Shown: positions 58,700 through 64,000 of the stretch, piece by piece
Numbering within the stretch: position 1 is the first letter of the stretch
How the letters are laid out: every line of letters begins with the position of its first letter
Origin: the human T2T-CHM13v2.0 reference genome, Homo sapiens
Length of the DNA stretch: 64,000 bases
Direction: 5' to 3' (one strand)
Assembly (NCBI RefSeq): GCF_009914755.1
Contig: NC_060925.1
The notes under the pieces: generated by a model
The model's database searches: none
The model's input: only the letters and a program-made list of their open reading frames with translations
Told to the model about the DNA's origin: nothing
Translations under genes and position numbers: made by a program

Positions 58700-58955
58700 C
58701 TTTTATTAAGTGTCCACTTTATATAAGCACTTAAAATATGCTTTTATACAAGCACTTTATTTAGTTGTGTGATTTAATATACACCACACTCTGGTGAGTG
58801 AGATATTAGCTCCATTAACTAGGGAGGAAACAGAGTCACAGAGGTCAAGTTAACTTGTCCAAGGTCACTCATCTAGTGAGAAATGGAACCAAGATTTGAA
58901 CCCAGTTAAGTCTCACCCTAAAATCTAAGTTGTTTCCATTGTACTATGCTGTCTT
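58700..58955 (-). mobile_element. MIR
   Basis: GAGGAAACAGAGTCACAGAGGTCAAGTTAACTTGTCCAAGGTCAC. Confidence 0.75.
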
Positions 58956-59638
58956 CATGCAATAACCAAGTCAAGTGACATCTCAGCCTTGAATGATGAG
59001 CAGGAATTTGCAAAACAAAGAGAGGGGAAGAGAGGACTGGGCATTCCAGATATTATGGAGCACATGCAAAGGCCCTGAGGTATGAAACAGTCGTTTGGTG
59101 AGGCTATGTGACTGAAATAAATGGCACAGGGCAGGGCAGGGGCAGAGGTGGACCACAAGGGGTGGAGAAGTACCATGGCAGCCATGTAGCTAAGTCTTTT
59201 CTAGAAGTCAGCAGCTCTTAATTTTAGCCTTTCCTGATGCTGTTCAAATAATTGAGCCTCCCTATCCTCTGTTTTACACTGTTTTTCTTTTGCCCAGTAC
59301 TATATTTTTCATATTCCAAGCACAGAGGTGTCTAAATATTGGTTTGGGGTTTAGTAAATCTTTTTCTTTCCTATGACAGCAAAAACGAGCTATGTAACTT
59401 ACAACTCCCTTGACTGAGACATTCATTTTACAAGCAAAGTGAGTTATGGATTAATTTGGGAATATTTAAGCTCCGGTTAAGCAGCAGTGGGCACACGATT
59501 GCCTAGAACATAAAACCAGGACAGTCAGGGAGCATCTCTAGCTTGTTAACTGTAATGCCAGATAAATGTCACCCTCTGCTCAGGCTTTTTAATAATTTAT
59601 TAAAAAAATTAAAAGTACTCAGTTGTACTTCCTAAGGC

Positions 59639-59651
59639 ATTTCCTGTTTAC
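59639..59651 (-). promoter_or_regulatory. FOX:ETS composite motif GTAAACAGGAAAT
   Basis: Exact composite in unique DNA; extra ETS core ACTTCCT at 59627 and AGATAA at ~59560. Confidence 0.3.
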
Positions 59652-60190
59652 AGGGTGTGTATTCTAACAGCTGTGTTAGAAAGTGTGACCTAAGAGCTTT
59701 CAGATTGCTTGTCCTTTGAAGCTACTGAGTGCCAAGCTAGGGGATTACTCCCACCTAGGCCAGAGCCTGGTCTCCCGGCCTGAACCTGGCTATCTTGGGT
59801 TCCCAGCTCCTACAACCATACAGTCTGTAATAACTGCAGAGCATGAAGGGTGCATGGAGGTCTAGAGGCCAATTCACTTTCATGGAAAGTATAATTTAAT
59901 TGGAAAGTGGGAAAGAATAATGTTTACAAAGTATCTTGCAGAGATTTCTGTATTTCCGGGTCACAGAGCAGAGGCTGACAGGCACAGATCACCACTGAAC
60001 CTCTAAACATTCCTGTTCTCCCCAACCCCCAATGTCTTTCCCTGTCCTGGAAAAGTGCAAAAAAGCAGTATACATCCCAGGCTGCTGGACATATGCCCAA
60101 TTATTCTCTAGGGCAAGAAGTCTACCCCTGATAGTGATATATATAAATGCTCATGCTTTAAAAAAAAAAAAAAAAATACAGCAAGTTTAA

Positions 60191-60348
60191 CCAGGCGCAA
60201 TAGTTCACATCAGTAATCCCAGTGGCTGGGAAAGCTGAGGTAGGAGGATCACTTTTAGCCCAGGAGTTCAAGGCTGCAGTGAGCTATGATTGCGCCACTC
60301 CACTCCAGCCTGGGCGACACAGCAAGACCCCATTCAAAAAAAAAAAAA
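60191..60348 (+). mobile_element. FRAM/Alu monomer
   Basis: TSD AAAATACAG(CA/TC)AGTTTAA. Confidence 0.8.
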
Positions 60349-60743
60349 ATACAGTCAGTTTAAGCACGATGTATCATTTTCAGGTCACGAGTTCACTAAT
60401 CTCTACTCCAGTTTATTTTTAAAATACGCAGTCATAGTTTCACAATTTCTATGTAAGTCTCATTTCACACAAAAGATTAATGCATAAAATTGTTTAAAAT
60501 AGCATTATTTACAATGAAAATCTGAATTGCAAAAAAAAGCTGAACTAAAAAATAGACAAAAAATTAAATGCAATTTACAATCACAAGAGAATGGGTAAAG
60601 AAAGTTATGGTACATTAACAGTAGATATTTTGCAGCTATTAAACGTTATACTTAACAAGAGTAATAGTAACACTAGGAACGATTATATAATAATGTTGAA
60701 TAAGCAAAACAAGATACACAACTGTCTATACAATTGTTATTTC

Positions 60744-61046
<303 letters not shown>

Positions 61047-61152
61047 ACAATTGATATTTCAACTGTGAATGTCATGCATAGAGAAATGATTGGAGATGTA
61101 CAACAAGATGTACCACAGATTAATTTTACCACCAGAAAAGGCCAAATCTCCC

Positions 61153-61505
61153 TGTCTGTTTGCTTGGGCTGCTATAACAAAATACGTTACACTGGGTAAT
61201 TTATAAACAACAGAAACTTACTGCTAATAGTTCTGGAGACTGGGTAGTCCAAGATCAAGGTGCCAGCAGACTCAGCATCTAGTGAGAGCCGGTTCTTCAT
61301 AGATGGTGCCTTCTGTGAGTCCTTACAAGACAGAAGGAGCAAGAAAGCACCCTCAAGCCTCTTTTATAAGGGCACTAATCCTATTCATTCAGGTGGAGCC
61401 CTCATGAGTTAATCACTTCCCAAAGGTACCGCCTCTTAATACTATTACACTGAGTATTAGGCTCTAACATATGCATGTGGGGGGACACTGCATTCATACT
61501 GTAGA
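61153..61505 (-). mobile_element. MSTD/MLT1A-like MaLR LTR
   Basis: GGGCTGCTATAACAAAATAC...AGTCCAAGATCAAGGTGCCAGCAGA...TTTTATAAGGGCACTAATCC. Confidence 0.82.
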
Positions 61506-62638
61506 TAAAAGGAGCCGAAGAAACAAACAGCCTCTCGCATAGTGTTGTTTACATCCTTCTAATGTCTCTAGAGAAATTCATATATAAATAGGGAATACTT
61601 TATATGCCTGATGTGGCCGGTGACCAGAATGCCATTATTTAGGAAGAGTAGAAAAAGTAGCAGCTCTGATAACTAAGGAAAAAAATAAACCCACAAATAT
61701 GAGGCTTATTCAGTTAAAATACCAAACCTAGGAGGATGAGCTTCAACTGCTTGCCATAAAAATCTCACTACAAGAGTCTGCAGCTTTCCACTGCAAAACT
61801 AGAAAATTAAATATCTTTCATCTTCATTTTCACACCCTTTACTGTATTTTCTTACTAATATTAGGAGCCGCAGATGGCAAATCAATAGATTGTTTCTATG
61901 ATAGCATGGACCAAAAAGAATGGTGTAGAAAGAGATAAGTCTGTCTCTAGCTATTCCATCATGGCTTCATCAATTGGACAGGGTGAATGTCACCTCTGTT
62001 GCCGATTTAATCCTCCTCTTTCAAGTCTGGACACCTGCATTCCTCAACTATCCTAGCTCCAGGGGAGGACTAACAGGGAGGGAATTTGTTTTTTTAGGTA
62101 TTGAAAGAAAATCACATCAAATAATAAATTACTCTCTATATCTCTTTTAAAACTGTCTCGTGTGTCTTTAAAATGTCATGGGAGAAATAAAAAGGTACAC
62201 TGAGAGAGTATGCTCAATGAAATATTTAAACCATAAAGGCAGCAAGGCCGGTGATTAAGGAGATTAAATAGATCTGGATGATGGATACAAATCAGAAGCA
62301 TGTTGTCAAAGATTAGTAGATATTAAAGCTCTTTATTGTCCTTCCAACAGAAAAAAAAAAAGCAGTAATACGGTTTTTTTGATGTCAGTCTGAGCCATCA
62401 AGCCATTATGTAATTTTTATCTTTTCTTACTCCTTTTGCCATGAGGCAAGACAATTTATTTCCCCTGTAGTAAATAAATTTCCTCTGCCTCAAACATGCT
62501 CTGAATGTAATCCTGGGCTAGCCACCCACCTCTTAGGATTCACTTTCCTCATTTGCTAAAGGAGGGAATTGGTTCTCATAGTTCTGACATTCTGTGTTTC
62601 TCTGAAAGATGTTTAGAGAGTTCTAGGATGTGAGTTAT

Positions 62639-63515
62639 CATATATCATCTACACTAAGACACATTTAATTATAAGATAAGCCATTATTTTATGTACTACT
62701 AACAAAAAAAAGATCCTGCCAACTAAACTATGACAGAATACCCTAACTATAGCCCTGTGACCTCAGGATTAATCACACCAGCCTCTCATGCTTTGAAATA
62801 AAGGACAATTCCTGCCACCCTCCATTGCATTGCTTGGTTGATTTTAGACAGTTCATTTGTATGTATCTCACTAATAAAACAACACAATTTTGCTTGTAGG
62901 TATCTTTCTTTCTCAGGTCCCATAAAACTCTTGATTCTTGTTCTTTTCAGAATAATATATGGAACTGCAATCATTTCTCTGATGATGAATATTTGCTTCA
63001 CTAGTATCAAATTCATGCCCCACTATGTTCATGCCTTCTACAAATACGGGAATCATAGTGTAATTTTTTAAAAATTTAAACAACAAGTAAGCTCAACATG
63101 TTATTACCAATAGTGTCCTTAACTGAATGGAAGTCGTGACAACATGAACAGCTATGACTAATTTTGAACCTGGGCAGACCAGGACAACTACATCATGGCT
63201 ACAGTCTAACTGACATCCCTACTGACTTCAGAGATGTCAAAAAACAACCAGGAACCTGGGCAACATTGTGAAACCCCATCTCCACAAAAAACACAAAAAC
63301 TGGCCATGCATGGTGGCATGCACCTGTAATCCCAGCTACTCAGGAGGCTGAGGTGGGAGGATTGCTTGAGCCCAGGAGGTCAAGGCTGCAGTGAGCTGAG
63401 ATTGTGCTACTGCACTCCACCCTGGGCAACAGAGTGAGACCACATCTCAACAACAACAAAAAAGTGGAGGATGGTGGCAAGGAGAAAAATATGTGGTTTA
63501 GAACTGATGAACTGA
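62639..63515 (-). mobile_element. Ancient pogo/Tigger element (Tigger13a-like), interrupted by AluJ
   Basis: Minus-strand remnants GHEFDTSEANIHHQRND and SFMGPEKERYLQ resemble a pogo/POGK-type transposase N-terminus; CCATTATTTTATGTACTACTAA...GCCAACTAAACTATGACA. Confidence 0.6.
63248..63463 (+). mobile_element. 5'-truncated AluJ
   Basis: CCTGGGCAACATTGTGAAACCCC...GAGCCCAGGAGGTCAAGGCTGCAGTGAGC. Confidence 0.85.
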
Positions 63516-64000
63516 GATGTCTTCTTCACCTCCAGTGAGAGAGGAGTGGCATATAGCAAGCGTTCCCTAAATATTTGCAGGTTGTTGAAGGACTGAATGA
63601 AAGTATAGATGAAAGGATGAATGAAAAAACAAACAAGTAGCTAATTGGGAATGTTGAGAAGGCACTTTACTGCCTTCTTTGAGATTGCTTCTTATGGCAA
63701 ACTGCACTGCAGTCTTGAATCACCACGGCTGGCTAAAATCATGGCGACCCAACCTTCACCTAAGACTCTGGAATCTGATTCACATTCACCTCCCAGCCTC
63801 TGCTGACCTCTCATGCCTCTATCAGACTGCGAAACTGAATGCTAAGGTCCACGTAGAGGACTCAATGTAACACAAGAGCTTACATTTCCTTGACTCCTCA
63901 ACACCAGTGGCCTTGCCTTCTTATCCTCCCCTGCAGCTGCTCCCAGCCCTACTCCTCCTTGTCCTTGTTTTTCCACCATTCTATGACATCCCATCCCTGC

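Noticed and set aside
62920-63071. Strong-looking acceptor TTCTTGTTCTTTTCAG|AAT and 77-aa ORF as a coding exon
   Set aside because: Better explained as the antisense strand of a decayed pogo/Tigger transposase.

Overview
This is primate (very probably human or great ape, given an SVA and AluY copies) non-coding DNA from an intron or intergenic region, made up largely of transposable elements: old L1M/L1PA, about 30 Alu/FLAM/FRAM copies, L2/MIR, MaLR and ERVL LTRs, and hAT and mariner/Tigger fossils. No protein-coding exon can be supported. The ORFs I could trace derive from Alu, L1, SVA, transposase or tandem-repeat sequence, and the rest are short with no recognisable similarity. The most notable items are: (1) a 5'-truncated SVA carrying a ~237-bp 3' transduction with its own AATAAA and second poly(A) (5779-6782); (2) a near-homogeneous 34-bp quasi-palindromic minisatellite of ~18 copies (21401-22010), apparently born by fold-back inside an L1 and stop-free in all six frames; (3) a 5'-truncated RPS29 processed pseudogene with unusual CpG retention beside a GC box, E-box and splice donor, a candidate exapted promoter (18776-19204); (4) a tailless U2 snRNA retro-fragment with TSDs; (5) a near full-length HSMAR2; (6) several candidate enhancers. 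Repeat subfamily names come from recalled consensus sequences and need RepeatMasker/Dfam confirmation. The host locus was not identified.
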